Source: Pelomyxa schiedti (lineage: Eukaryota > Protista > Evosea). From it: DNA of 41,325 nt. The stretch lies in contig JAHLWZ010000278.1 in NCBI GenBank assembly GCA_020536535.1, positions 1 through 41,325 of the forward strand, read 5' to 3'. Positions 21,670 to 33,200 of the stretch are shown here, piece after piece. The translations under genes were made by a program, and so were the position numbers. The notes beneath the pieces were generated by a model. It searched no databases. It saw only the letters and a list, made by a program, of their open reading frames with translations, and was not told the origin of the DNA. Positions within the stretch are counted from its first letter, which is position 1. Each line of letters starts with the position of its first letter.

Positions 21670-23587
21670 TTAGGGAAGTTTTCTTTCTATTCGGGAAGGT
21701 ACAGGGAACTTGGACTCAAATAAGTTGGTGAGTAGAAGAATTTGTTCCTCTGATTGTGGAGTGTTGTCCAGGTGGTCATTGAGGCACACACAATAAGGTA
21801 CTGAGCTGACGAACAGCTTCTGATACCAAGGTGGATTCCACAGGCGATTCCACCATTCCAGGTTCTGAGTGGAATCATAAGTTCGGGATTGGGGGGTAAT
21901 GGGGAACTAACCAAAGTTGCGTTGGGAGTCCATGTGCCGTACTGGTTGCGGTCCTCATATTTGGCGCTGGCAACATTCTCAGCATATGCAACGTTGGCGG
22001 CCAGGAAGGGTAGTGCTGTGTCATTTCTGTGCCGGAGCCGGTGTGATTCGGTGAAGGCGAAGTTCTTGGACCACCGGTGGTACATAATATCAATAACCTG
22101 AGAGAATGTCAAGGGCAGAATTGAATGACTCAGGGGAGTGTACATCATGCCGCATAAAGTAGCAGTTGTGGCCAACGTAGTGATGTTCAAGGTGCGGTGT
22201 TTCTGGATTGTAGTACCTTCTGATTGTTAAAGTAAGAACGTGAACTGATAGTACACACGAATTTAAAAGGCTGTTGGAGAACCCCACACTGGCGTGCCAC
22301 TTGTTCGTTTTCATTTCCGCGGTGGCGGGAGCTAGTCGAGAACTCATGAAGAAGTTAATGATACCAGTTCGCGGATCAAAAAAGCTGGGTTGATGTGAGT
22401 TGCAAAAAAAAAACTTTTTTCAAAAAGAAAGAGACCAACAATTCCTTGGAAACTTCGTGTCCAAGAAACATGTCATCATTCATATAAAGCAGACAGGGTG
22501 CAAGGCCGGGTATATTGTGAATGTTCGCTTCAATTGCATTGCTGCATTTAAAATGAATTTACTTTTCTCATTATAAATAAAAGACCTGTTAAATGTGGGA
22601 AGGTTCGTTTTATTTTTGAAAATCTGAAATTGTGAGCTTAAATATAATGCAACGAAGAGACCTACCAACCTCTTCATGAGTGACAAGCCTGAAGTTGGGT
22701 GCATTTGGGTCAACCCAGTTAGGGATTTGACCATTTGTCACAAGAATGATATCTCTTGCCCATGGCAGGTATTTTTCGATGGATCTTTGGCAAAGAATTT
22801 TATACTTGAAAGTTGGAATTAGGTACCCAACCTGATAGAGTATTTCAAAACGCCGTAGTCTCGAAACCCTGAATCGAAGTAGTTTGCCCCGATGTACTTG
22901 GTTTTTAATTTCTTGTGGGCAGGATCGCTACTCAAAAAATGAGTCAGCAAGTTTATTGGCATGCAGGGACCAAACCTGCCATTCACCCAAGTGTACACAA
23001 CATCAACGACATCGCACTTTATCTTCCAATCAATTGCAGTGTAGTCTGGTCCATTCAAAGGACTCACAGGATTCCCCTCTACTATAAAGGTCCCTGCATG
23101 GCAACAAGGTTACGTTCCCTTTTCTTCAGGAAAGGGTTGGGCTCAAGGTATACCTGGTTCCCTAACCACAACACAAAGTAAGAAATTTTAATTTTAAGTA
23201 ATATTATAATTTTAATTAAGTTAATTTTTATTTAACTCTCTAAGGTTGGTACCTGATTCTAACTTTCAAGTGTAGTTTAATTCGTTTCCAAAGATAGAAT
23301 TATTATTATATTATTATTTATTTTTTTAAAACGCAAAAACTGTCAGACCAAACAAACTAAAGAGACAAAACGGCACACATTGTTGTCTCAGTGTGGATCT
23401 TTGAACGAATAATCAACAGGCCGAAAGTGACCAACCAAACAAAAGCGATCAGGACACCAACGCACCCAAAGCACCTCGTGACCCCACCACCAACTCCCAT
23501 AATCCACCCCGTGGCCCGTCCCCGGTTGCTGTCATAGTGGTGGTGCCGGTACATTCCACCTCCTCCTTGGCGCATAACCACGTTCAT
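21670..23587 (-). CDS. Stealth-family hexose-1-phosphate transferase, type II membrane protein
   Basis: CR1 DVVYTWVNGSDP; CR2 LKYSIRSIEKYLPW...VTNGQIPNW...VTHEE...LPTFN...AIEANIHNIPGL...LYMNDDMF; CR3 region RLRHRND; CR4 CLND...FESKFPVPSRIE. N-terminal TM CVGVLIAFVWLVTFGLLII. Confidence 0.93.
23243..23295 (+). repeat. Inverted copy of Stealth intron 4 (22785-22831) inside Stealth intron 1
   Basis: Plus strand AGGTTGGTACCTGATTCTAACTTTCAAGTGTAGTTTAATTCGTTTCCAAAGAT versus minus-strand AG|GTTGGGTACCTAATTCCAACTTTCAAGTATAAAATTCTTTGCCAAAG|AT. Confidence 0.88.
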
Positions 23588-23806
23588 CCGTTTTATGTGA
23601 TGCTGTGGGCGAATACACGTGATGTTATGAGGAGTCCACCTTGTCAGTGTACCTGATCTAGCACAACGTTGAACCATTCGATGCTTCAGAAAAGAAGTTG
23701 TGACGGTATATCCTGGTGAGCCGCCTCAGTCCTGTTGCTTCGCCGTTGGCGTCAACTTTTATGGGGGAATTTTGTTGTAAACAGACTGAAGTGATAACGG
23801 GAGAGT

Positions 23807-25291
23807 ATGCACACAAACAGCGATCAGACACCCTCGTCGGTACCACGTGGTGGTGGACACCAACAGCAGGCGCGTGCGGCACAGGCGACGTCACGACGGG
23901 ACCAGAGGCGCCGCCTGGCCCACTTGCAGCACGACTCGTTGTTGCCTCGGTGTGGTAGTACAACCCGTGTCCCACAATCTACATCCACATGTGTGACGTC
24001 GGCAGCCCCGACTACGGGTAGATCGGCTTCTGCATCTGAATCTGCTTGTTGCCGTGGCGGCTCGCACATGGAGGGGCACTACAGCCTCGATGCTCATGGA
24101 CAGTGCTTGGCCCTCGTTGTTTCCTCGGTCCCGCGATGCGGAGTCAAATCAGCGGCGTGTCTTATGTCCACGATCACCGGGCACCTGTTCAGGCAATTGT
24201 GGGACGACTGGATCATGGGCACCGAGGCCAAGTTCCTACTGACCGCGTGGCAGCTCCCCGAGGGCTACGATCCCACAATGGCGGCCGCGCTGGTCTGCAA
24301 GCCACTGAGGTCGTTCTCACTCGGGATTTCACGTTTGACATGTGGAATCACAAGCCGGGTGGCTGACAAGGCCTGTGACTCATGGAGCTGGCCAATCGAC
24401 TGGAACAGGTCTCTGATCATGATGGACAACAAGCTGATCATGCGTGATTTATCTGGTGGAGATGCCAACCCAAAGGACACGGGATTGTATGACTTTGGGG
24501 GGGGAGTCAAGAACGTGGCAACGAGTGACCGTTGGGTGGCCTTTGGTGGTGTTGCTGGTGTTGGGAATAGCGGGATACAGGTGCATTTCCTGAGGATTGT
24601 TGATATCTCGGGCGCCACGCCAGAGACCGATGTGCTGATTCCTGGAAGGGAGGCCTTGTTCATTCGGTGCGATTTTCTCCTTGGTGAGCTTGTTGGAACA
24701 TGGGCGTGGGTACGGAATGCACCGAACGGCACAGATTTCATTGTAAGCTTCCAGTTCGAAGTCTACGGCATTCACACCTTCCAAAGAGACCCATCACACA
24801 TCGCCATCACTACCCGCATCAGCACACCTGCAGGGAGGTACCGCGTTGAATCACTTGCCAGATTGCGGAAACGCAGTGGAGAGTGTGTGTTCATTGTTGG
24901 TTTGCAGTTTTGCCCTAGTGTGTACCAAGTCAGCGATTCCATGTTCTGTCTGTCAAATGGTTTCTCATGCGAAATTTGGGATTGCAACAACACTGACAAG
25001 CCACTCAAAGTGATTCCACTGTTCACACTACATCAACCAACGTTGCCAGTCAATCCAGAATACCTTTGGAACGCCGTGGCACTCTCTGGGTTTCTGTTTC
25101 ACTTCAGGGGCAAACAGTTGAAAGTCATTGATGTTGCAACACAAACTGCTGTTCTGAAACTTGACATGCCAACAAGGTTGGTTTCTTCTCCTTCTTCAGC
25201 AACCTATCACTCACTAACTTTCAAACAGCGGGGATTGCACCCCAAAGCAGCTTTTGTTGCATGTGTGGTCACCTGTTCACCTCCGAATTGA
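23807..25291 (+). CDS. Intronless lineage-specific family protein A (helical N-terminal motif + beta-rich body)
   Basis: 494 aa ORF. Motif AHGQCLALVVSSVPRCGVKSAAC...LWDDWIM and C-terminal LKVIDVATQTAVLKL are shared with the two neighbours. Confidence 0.8.
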   Translation: MHTNSDQTPSSVPRGGGHQQQARAAQATSRRDQRRRLAHLQHDSLLPRCGSTTRVPQSTSTCVTSAAPTTGRSASASESACCRGGSHMEGHYSLDAHGQCLALVVSSVPRCGVKSAACLMSTITGHLFRQLWDDWIMGTEAKFLLTAWQLPEGYDPTMAAALVCKPLRSFSLGISRLTCGITSRVADKACDSWSWPIDWNRSLIMMDNKLIMRDLSGGDANPKDTGLYDFGGGVKNVATSDRWVAFGGVAGVGNSGIQVHFLRIVDISGATPETDVLIPGREALFIRCDFLLGELVGTWAWVRNAPNGTDFIVSFQFEVYGIHTFQRDPSHIAITTRISTPAGRYRVESLARLRKRSGECVFIVGLQFCPSVYQVSDSMFCLSNGFSCEIWDCNNTDKPLKVIPLFTLHQPTLPVNPEYLWNAVALSGFLFHFRGKQLKVIDVATQTAVLKLDMPTRLVSSPSSATYHSLTFKQRGLHPKAAFVACVVTCSPPN

Positions 25292-25506
25292 CTGATACAC
25301 CACACCACCGGGTCACTCGCTAAATCGGTTCGCAGCACAAACTGGCATGAAACTGGAGCTCAGGAGGCATGATGATGGAAGAGATTTTACAGAATACAAC
25401 AAAGCAATTGTGTTTCTCGTTTTGAAGAAGATGACAGCAGCCACAACTTCATGATTCTCAGACACAGGCAAGTGCGAAGCATCAACATTTTTGTTTTGGA
25501 GCGGTG

Positions 25507-26799
25507 TCAAAACCCTGAGGAAATAGAGAAAGAGCTACGGGATAACAGAAAGTTGAGGCGATGTTGAGGGGTGAGTGGCTGGCGCAGCAACCACTTGCCT
25601 GTGACTGCATCACACAGGTCAATGTGGCCTCCTTTTCCTTCTTCTCCTTTGTCTTCTGCCTTCTCATCCAATGATGGTGGTGCTTGCAGGAACGCCAGAA
25701 AACCAGATCCAACAATGGAGGCAGACCCAGGATTCCAGGTGAAGATACGGCATGGCCTCTCTAGATCATCCGTTGAGTAGAGGTCCAGAACCCCGTTGGT
25801 GGTATCTGGATCAACAAAGTGGTGCAAATCCACTGCTTGAATGCCTGCAAGCATGGCTTTATACTTGTGCCGCTCTCTACTAATTAAGTGTTTTGCCATG
25901 TTGACTGTAAGCAGCTTGGGGTAGACAAGAAAACCTGAACGAACCACTAGAATTTCCCCATGGCGCGGTGTCAGGAAGAGAGGGCCACTTAAATTGTAGT
26001 CGAGACCGCAGGCTTCAGGGTCAATTGAAAACTCTGACTCACAAACAAGCCTGTGTGCAGCAAATGATTTCCTCAGATTGACACACCACAGCAAGCCACG
26101 GTAATCAGTGTCCCCAGTCTCAGCCAACAAGATAGCATTGTCGCCCTCTATTGCACAAACATCCAAAGCAGTCGCTGGCCAAAAGTTGAATTTAACACTG
26201 TGCACCTCCGGTAGTTCAGAAGAAGGCCAAAGAAGCAAATTGTGTATGTCATGTACAACCGTCCACCCCCCACCACAAGCGAATTTGCTGTACTCCCATG
26301 CCGCCCCAGATAATTGACACAGAGCCAACCCACTCACCACATCCCGCACAGCACAATTCTCAGAATCCCCGCCGATGCCAGTTGCCACCACGTTCCTCAT
26401 GCCCACAAACCCAAGCACATGCACAGTGCGCGGGAAGAACTCGCAGCTGAGCTTGACCACTCCAACTGTGTGAGACACCTCCGCGCCAACGTACACCATC
26501 ATTGGGTTCTCTCCGGGATGCGGGGGAACCTCTTCTCCCCTTCCAGACAGGTGACTCTGCATGCACACAACGACCCTTCGGCACACCCGCATCACCCATC
26601 TCTTGCAAATCTCCTCACGCCACACAGATGGGCTCAGCCACCTGACAGGACTTGCACTGGTGTGTTGTGACACCCGCGAAACGGAAGACGCGGACGTCCC
26701 GACGCCGATTGCAATGCACTGTTCACGCGCCCATGCAACGTATTGTGGGACAGGCAGTGTGTGTACAGCCGCAAGGTGCTTGCCTCTGACTTGAGCCAT
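25507..26799 (-). CDS. Intronless lineage-specific family protein B
   Basis: 430 aa ORF with AREQCIAIGVG...SPVRWLSPSVWREEICKRWVM, VSHTVGVV and IDLCDAVTGKWLL. Confidence 0.82.
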   Translation of the reverse strand: MAQVRGKHLAAVHTLPVPQYVAWAREQCIAIGVGTSASSVSRVSQHTSASPVRWLSPSVWREEICKRWVMRVCRRVVVCMQSHLSGRGEEVPPHPGENPMMVYVGAEVSHTVGVVKLSCEFFPRTVHVLGFVGMRNVVATGIGGDSENCAVRDVVSGLALCQLSGAAWEYSKFACGGGWTVVHDIHNLLLWPSSELPEVHSVKFNFWPATALDVCAIEGDNAILLAETGDTDYRGLLWCVNLRKSFAAHRLVCESEFSIDPEACGLDYNLSGPLFLTPRHGEILVVRSGFLVYPKLLTVNMAKHLISRERHKYKAMLAGIQAVDLHHFVDPDTTNGVLDLYSTDDLERPCRIFTWNPGSASIVGSGFLAFLQAPPSLDEKAEDKGEEGKGGHIDLCDAVTGKWLLRQPLTPQHRLNFLLSRSSFSISSGF

Positions 26800-27116
26800 T
26801 TTTTTTTTTGGACAAACAAAGAGTCATCAAAAAACTAGTAGTGTGGCGAGGTGACTTCACGACGCTGTAATTCTAAGTACGGTTCTAATGTCGTGGATGG
26901 CCAACTTGGCGCCCAATCATCACTTTTCCTTTTTTTCGCCCATCACTCCTCACCCCGCTGTTTTCTTCTTCGTACTTCGCCGAAAAGCAGAAAAACACAA
27001 TTATCGATCAATGTGAGTAGCGTTGTGAAGTAACTTCTAAGCCAGTAAAACCACCGCCCTGGGTTTAACCAAAAGAAAAAAACTTATTATTATAATCACC
27101 ACCCACTGATCCAGCT

Positions 27117-28239
27117 ATGCAGTTGGTACCAAACGGTTTGCCCGTCAACGTTCCCATCGCAGGCCACACTTACGCACGTGACCAGTTCGTCGCACTCGGC
27201 GCCGGCGTCATTGTGGGGCGGTGCGGCCGCTCCCGCCCGCCGGTGTCGGCCCTCTCGCCGCCGCTGCTGTCGTTCATCGGCCGCGAGTGGGTCGTGCTTC
27301 CCGCGAACCACGTCGTGCTTTCGCTCATACTGGAGAGGGAAGAACAACTCGGGTACGTCAAGTTCAGTGTGTCGCCAACACTCGGCCTCATGCAGCAGCC
27401 CACCATTGCCGACGCCATTGCTCCAGAGTTCGCCTCCTGCTCGTTTATTGGGTGGTTTGGGCCAGCAGTGCGCACTAGAGAGCAGGCCATGTGCGCTGAC
27501 AGGTTCGCCCTTTTGGCACTGCGGCCGTCTCTTTGCGTGATGGACACCAGGCGGCCTGTTGATTCCTTCCGGGTCATTGGCTCAATCTCATGGAATCGCG
27601 ATTCAAAGTTCTATTTGGATGGGCCATGGGGTGTGGAACTTCTACTCGATAGAGTGGAACGTAAGCAATGGTCGACTGACTGAGTGGATGCACTTGCCAT
27701 GGCCCGTGGACAAGGCCGCACTTGATGGCAGTCATTCACTGGTTGTAGCGCAGCTGGGGGGCATGTTCATGTTAATTGACCTGGATGCCACTCTGTCACA
27801 GAAAGTGGTTGTTGGGAAAGTCTCCCGTGCCTCTCTTGAGGGTAAAGAGAAAATTGATCACCTTGTGCTTTGGAAGGGAATTGCCTATGCACTGCTCACA
27901 GACAACCCTGGGCTGTTGTGCCTTACAACTGGCCAAAGGTTGGCATCACTTCCTGGCAGAGCACAGCCAATTGGTGGGCCTTACTTTGCAGTGCGGTGCC
28001 CTGCCACTTACACCATAGAAGTGTTCAGTGTGGAGGAACCAACAAAGTTGTGTTCCAGGCACAGGGAACAGTTCTGTACCGACGTGGTTTTTTCCCAGGA
28101 GTTGTTGGTAAGGGACCATGGTTCTTTCACCCAAAATGGGGCAAACTACATCGAGGTCATTGATGCTCTGTCTGGATTTGTGGTGTTCAAAATGCCAAAC
28201 AGAGAACCACTCATCTGCCTTCTAATACTCCAGAAATAA
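27117..28239 (+). CDS. Lineage-specific family protein C, frame change near 27600-27660 (pseudogene, sequencing error or tiny intron)
   Basis: N-half ARDQFVALGAGVIVGRCG...PVSALSPPLLSFIGREWVV and VSPTLGLM (27117-27683); C-half IEVIDALSGFVVFKM in another frame (to 28239). Confidence 0.7.
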
Positions 28240-28363
28240 TGTTGGGACTCACACTAAAAAATTCGTTTTTGATGAATCAGTCGTGGGTGCCCTGGTCTAG
28301 AAAAAATTCATTATGGACTAGTCAATTCTTTTTTTCTAGGAAGGTGATAACAACAAGATTGGG

Positions 28364-29963
28364 TCAGGAACTGTGAGGAGGGTGAGTGCGGAGGTCATGG
28401 ATGGCTTTGCCCAGTAGTGTGCCCCCTCGTTGGAGGTTGGCTGCTGGCTCAAAGCTGAATGCTAATCGCAGGCAGTTGCTTCCTTCTGCTTGGTAGTTGT
28501 GATTGTCGTGGGGTTGCTGCTGCTTGATGTGGTTGCTTACAAAGAACCCGTCACCAATGATGAAGTCCACACCAAGTGTGTTGGCATGGGCTTTGAGTTG
28601 CTTGGCTGTGAAGGGAAGTCCTTGGCCGAGTGTCATCCAGCAGAAGAAACCACCCTGTGGGTTCGTGATGTGGATGTCGGCATTTGGGGGAAGTGAGGCT
28701 GTGATGGCACCGAGAAGTGCATCGCGTTTGGAGCGGTACAGTACGCGGAGCTCCTGCAACTGTTTGCGGGAATGTTAAGCCAAGTCAGATGGATTACTGA
28801 GGAGAATAAGGAATGGATACATGGGCATCAAGTTTCCCGGTGCTTAAATATGTTGCAATTGCACGGCTTACAAGCGGGTTTGCTCCTCCTCCACTCAGCG
28901 GGGATCCAGACTGGATAACTTTTGAGTTGTAAGTTATATAATGTCGAGCTTGAGTTTCCATACATTTGTCAATAATGTGAGTCGGGCCCAATATGTAACC
29001 AACCCTCAATCCAGGTGCCAGAATCTTGGAGAAAGTGCCTATCCGCAGCGTGTTTCTTCCCTGCATTATTACCACTTGATACGGTAATAGATGAAATTTC
29101 TACCAACCTCAGACAAAGCGAACAATGAAGGCGGAGGTGGATCTATGCCAAAGTATATATCTCTGTAAGGATCATCCTCAACAACAATTGCGTTGGCTGA
29201 GGCCGCTTCTCGCAGCACTTCCCTTCTTCGCTCCAGTGTCATGGTGATGCCACTTGGATTCTAGTCAATAATACCTTAGTCTCCTTTCAAAATAAAAGCA
29301 CTCTATTACTTGAAATGTTGGGACCGTGAAAATGATTGGCGTTTTCCCTTGCTGAGATATCTCTGAAATACGTGAGAGAGGGAGAAAAAAGGAGACATTA
29401 TCGCACACTCGCTAGTGCCTCCCTGAGGGGAACAATCGCCATTCCACATTCGTCCATGGGAACTGGCATAAGTTGGCACCTGTGGTCACACAGAACTCCC
29501 AAAGTGTCACGGTAAGTTGGAGCTTCCACAATTATAACACCAGTATCAGCAGCCAGCAGCCTAGCAACAATCTCCGTGGCCCCAGTAGCCCCTGCAAATT
29601 CCAATTAATTGAAAAATGAGTAAAACAATAGTCCCCACACAAGATACTGGCTGGTTGTATTATTAGCAACAACAACAACACCAACACCAACATCCCATAA
29701 TCCCGCCCACGCGGCGGGCGCGCACCGTAGGTGATCATGACCGACTCTCTGGGCACCACGAGGCCCTCGGCCGCCGCGAGCCGAGCAACCACCGCGTCGA
29801 TGAGCGCCGCGTCGCCCCGCTCGTCCGCGTACGACAGCGCCGCGCCAACTTGGTCGCTGCCGCCGACGGCCCCGATTGCCGCGAACAGATCCGCCGTCGG
29901 GACCGACGTGGGGTCCGCCAGCCCCAGCCCCAGGCTCACAACCCCACCAACAACCCCCTGCAT
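28364..29963 (-). CDS. PLP-dependent class I/II aminotransferase (2-aminoadipate/aromatic aminotransferase-like)
   Basis: Spliced motifs VEAPTY, FTVPTFQNPSG, VEDDPY, GTFSKILAPGLRVGY (PLP lysine), SGGGANP, PQGGFFCW, CLRLAFS. Confidence 0.93.
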
Positions 29964-30272
29964 TCGTGTCTGTGCCCACGCACCACAAAAAATCAAAATA
30001 TATTTGGAGGTAAGTGCCAAACAAGTGTCATCAGTGCCCTGCAGGTGGGACTTATAAACGCTCTCGACAAACAAAAGAAACAGACGCCAAAGACTCCTCT
30101 CAGTGACCGTGTCTTGCTCATTGCATTACTCTTCCTTCAGCGAAAAGAAGAGCAAGGCAAGGGGTTGGGCTCGGCCTTGCCTTTTCTCTTGTAGATTTTC
30201 AACAGCACGGGAGTCTGTTACAAAAAGAGGTTTTTTTTTCCCCAAAGAACCAACTAACACCACACTACAAGG

Positions 30273-33200
30273 TTATACACGGATGCAATCGTTGCGAGCA
30301 GGTGAGTTTGGCACGAACCCGTTGGCACACTGGCACCACGACCGGCATCCAAACCCCGTTGGCTCGCACTCCTCCCCAAAGTCAATCACTCCATTGCCAC
30401 ACCCATTCGCTGCGTTCATGGGAATGACATCAGCTAGATTGGAAGGACAAAGGGAATACACACGGATGCAGAGAATGGACCCTGTTGGCCTGAATCCTGG
30501 TCTGCAATTGCAAGAACTGTCACACCCAAATCCACTGTCACACTGCTCGGGAACTTCCAGCCGGAAATCGCCACAGTTGGCTGCTTCAATTGAGAATAAT
30601 GAATACTGATGTGGAGATAGAGTTACCTCTGCAGTCACGCTGAGGAGGGAAAAACGGCTGAAATCCAGCACGAGAAGGATTTCCCGTTATACAATGGCAA
30701 CTACTGTCACATCCGAATCCGCCGTCACATTCCTCACCCGGGTCAACGCAGCAGTTACCGCAGGTTTCTGCAGAAAGGGATGTTACATAATGCATTATAA
30801 CAATCGGAAACGCATACTCTCACAGCTGGTTTGTGGAGGGAAGGCCGGTTTGTATCCCGCCGAAGCATCACAAGTGCATGCGGAAGTGCACCCGAATCCT
30901 CCGTCGCACTCCTCCCCAAGGTCAATCCGATTGTTTCCGCACAAGCCTTAGCTTCCATTAGACAACGGCCTGAATGAATGAGAAGAACATACGGATGCAG
31001 TAACTCTGACGAGGAATTGCTGGGATATACCCTGGAAGACACCTGCATGAACCGCACCCAAATCCGCTGTCACATTCCTCATTTCCCGATACGATCCCAT
31101 CTCCACAGAACTCAACTGTTATCAAGGTAAGAGTCTTTGCCCAATTAAGCAAATACTAACTTGGTTGACAGTCAAGAGAAGCAGGAGAGGTTGGCCTATA
31201 TCCCTGAGCACACTGACATCCAAAACATCCAAATCCACCATCACACTCCTCCCCAGGCTCCAGAATGAAATTGCCACAGCAAGCTGATTAAAAACATTAC
31301 ATAGGCCACAATGTAAATGGGCAAATGCATACCAACTTGCTTGCACAGAGGGATTGGAGGCGAGTAAGGAGCAAACCCTGGCCCGCACTTGCAATTTGGA
31401 AGACATCCAACAAAGCTATCGCACTCCTCACCAAAGTCAATAATCCCATTGCCACATTTGGCTGTTTAATTTTGGATGTTAAAAAGAAGAAAGCCTGTTA
31501 GATGTAATAGGAAAAAGTAAATGGGTACGTATGAGTCGACAATCTCGTGATGGAGGGAAGAACGGGGCAAATCCAGGAAGGCATTGACACCCAGAGCAAC
31601 CAAATCCTCCTGCTTCACACTGTTCCCCAAAGTCAATGAAGTTATTCCCACAGACTGTGGGAATTATCAGTGAGTAGTGGTGGAGACCCTGAGAACAACA
31701 TACAGGTGCAACTGAGACTCGGGGGTGATGTTGGAATGGCCCCGGGGAAGCAGGTGCAAGCTGAGGTACACAACGATCCGGAGTCACATTCTTCGCCTCT
31801 GTTTAGAATACCGTTCTTGCAAACTGAATTCATGTGAGAATAGTAGAAGGTTTGGTGGAGTGGTACATACATGAACAGCTTGCAGAAGGCGGGAGAGTCG
31901 GAACGCTACCCGATATGCATGAGCATTCAGAACATAGGTTTCCACCATCACATGCCTCCCCTGGGTCTACCCTACCGTTGCCACATAGAGATGGTGGGGG
32001 AACTGCAAAAAAACAGATCAATAAATGCTATACCAGAGGATACTTACTGGGGAAACAGTCCGGCTTCCGAGGGAAAAACGGTTGGCACCCAGGAAGACAA
32101 TAGCATGACGGATCACAAAATTTGCCACCAGGTTGGCAATCTCGATCAGGTCGCTCACATTTAGACAATGGATATGGAGCAGGTGGGGGTGGTGCTGGGC
32201 AAAACATGATTGATCGTCATTCCAAAACCAATGACAAGTAAGTGATGTACCTGGGGCTATAATAACTTGAGGTGGCAAAATACAAGGATTGAAATCCGCA
32301 AATCCATCGATCAGACACTACGGGGAAGGTGAGCTGTGATATAGCGGGAAGAGATATCAACAAACCTCAGTTCCAGGGGCGCATGGCCTGAAACCAACAA
32401 AGAACGGTGCCGCACATTCCAAGTATTGGGTTGCAACTCCTGCCACGCACCGCAGGCCTGACCTCCCAGCACACCACATGTTCAGGTCTATTTTGCCGGC
32501 AGTCTCACAATTCTTAGAAGTAGGAACTGTAGGCTGAGAGTTTGATAAGCATTTGCAGTCAGGACCACAGGAAGTGCCACCAACTTCACATTGTTCTGAA
32601 CCTTCCAAGATGCCATTGCCGCATACTAGTGTTTATGGGAAGAGTTTGAGTTGTGGGTTATTGCTAAGAGTGTAACAAACCGTTGGGTATATCGAGTTTC
32701 TTGCAACTTTCAGTTCCCGTTGGAGCAAATCCGCTGTCACAAACGCAATTTGTGCATCCCGTACCTCCGTCGCACTCCTCTCCTTGTTCTACAATACCGT
32801 TTCCACATTGTGATGCTAGAAGTCTTCTTGATGCCATAAGAGAGCGGATAGCCAGGGGAGCTAAGGGAACAAGTGAGGTGAGTCCACATGGAGATGTTTG
32901 TGTGAAATTGATGGCGGAGCAGATTGTCCCCTCAGGGCACATTTGAAGTGCAATCTGTTTAGGGTGGAAGGTGATTTAGAAAAAAACCTGGAGGTAGCAC
33001 AATAATACCGAAAACGGAGGGGCACAAGACAAGTAGTACTGTACTAAACCAGGAACACACTTCAAGCCCGACTGATTATGGCACTCAGACACCAAATTGT
33101 AATTCCTTCCTGATACGTGTGGTTTAGAGAAAAGAAAATCCTGAAGGACACGTACCTCTAATGCAATTCATACTCAACGGTAACGTTGGTACAGTTCCCA

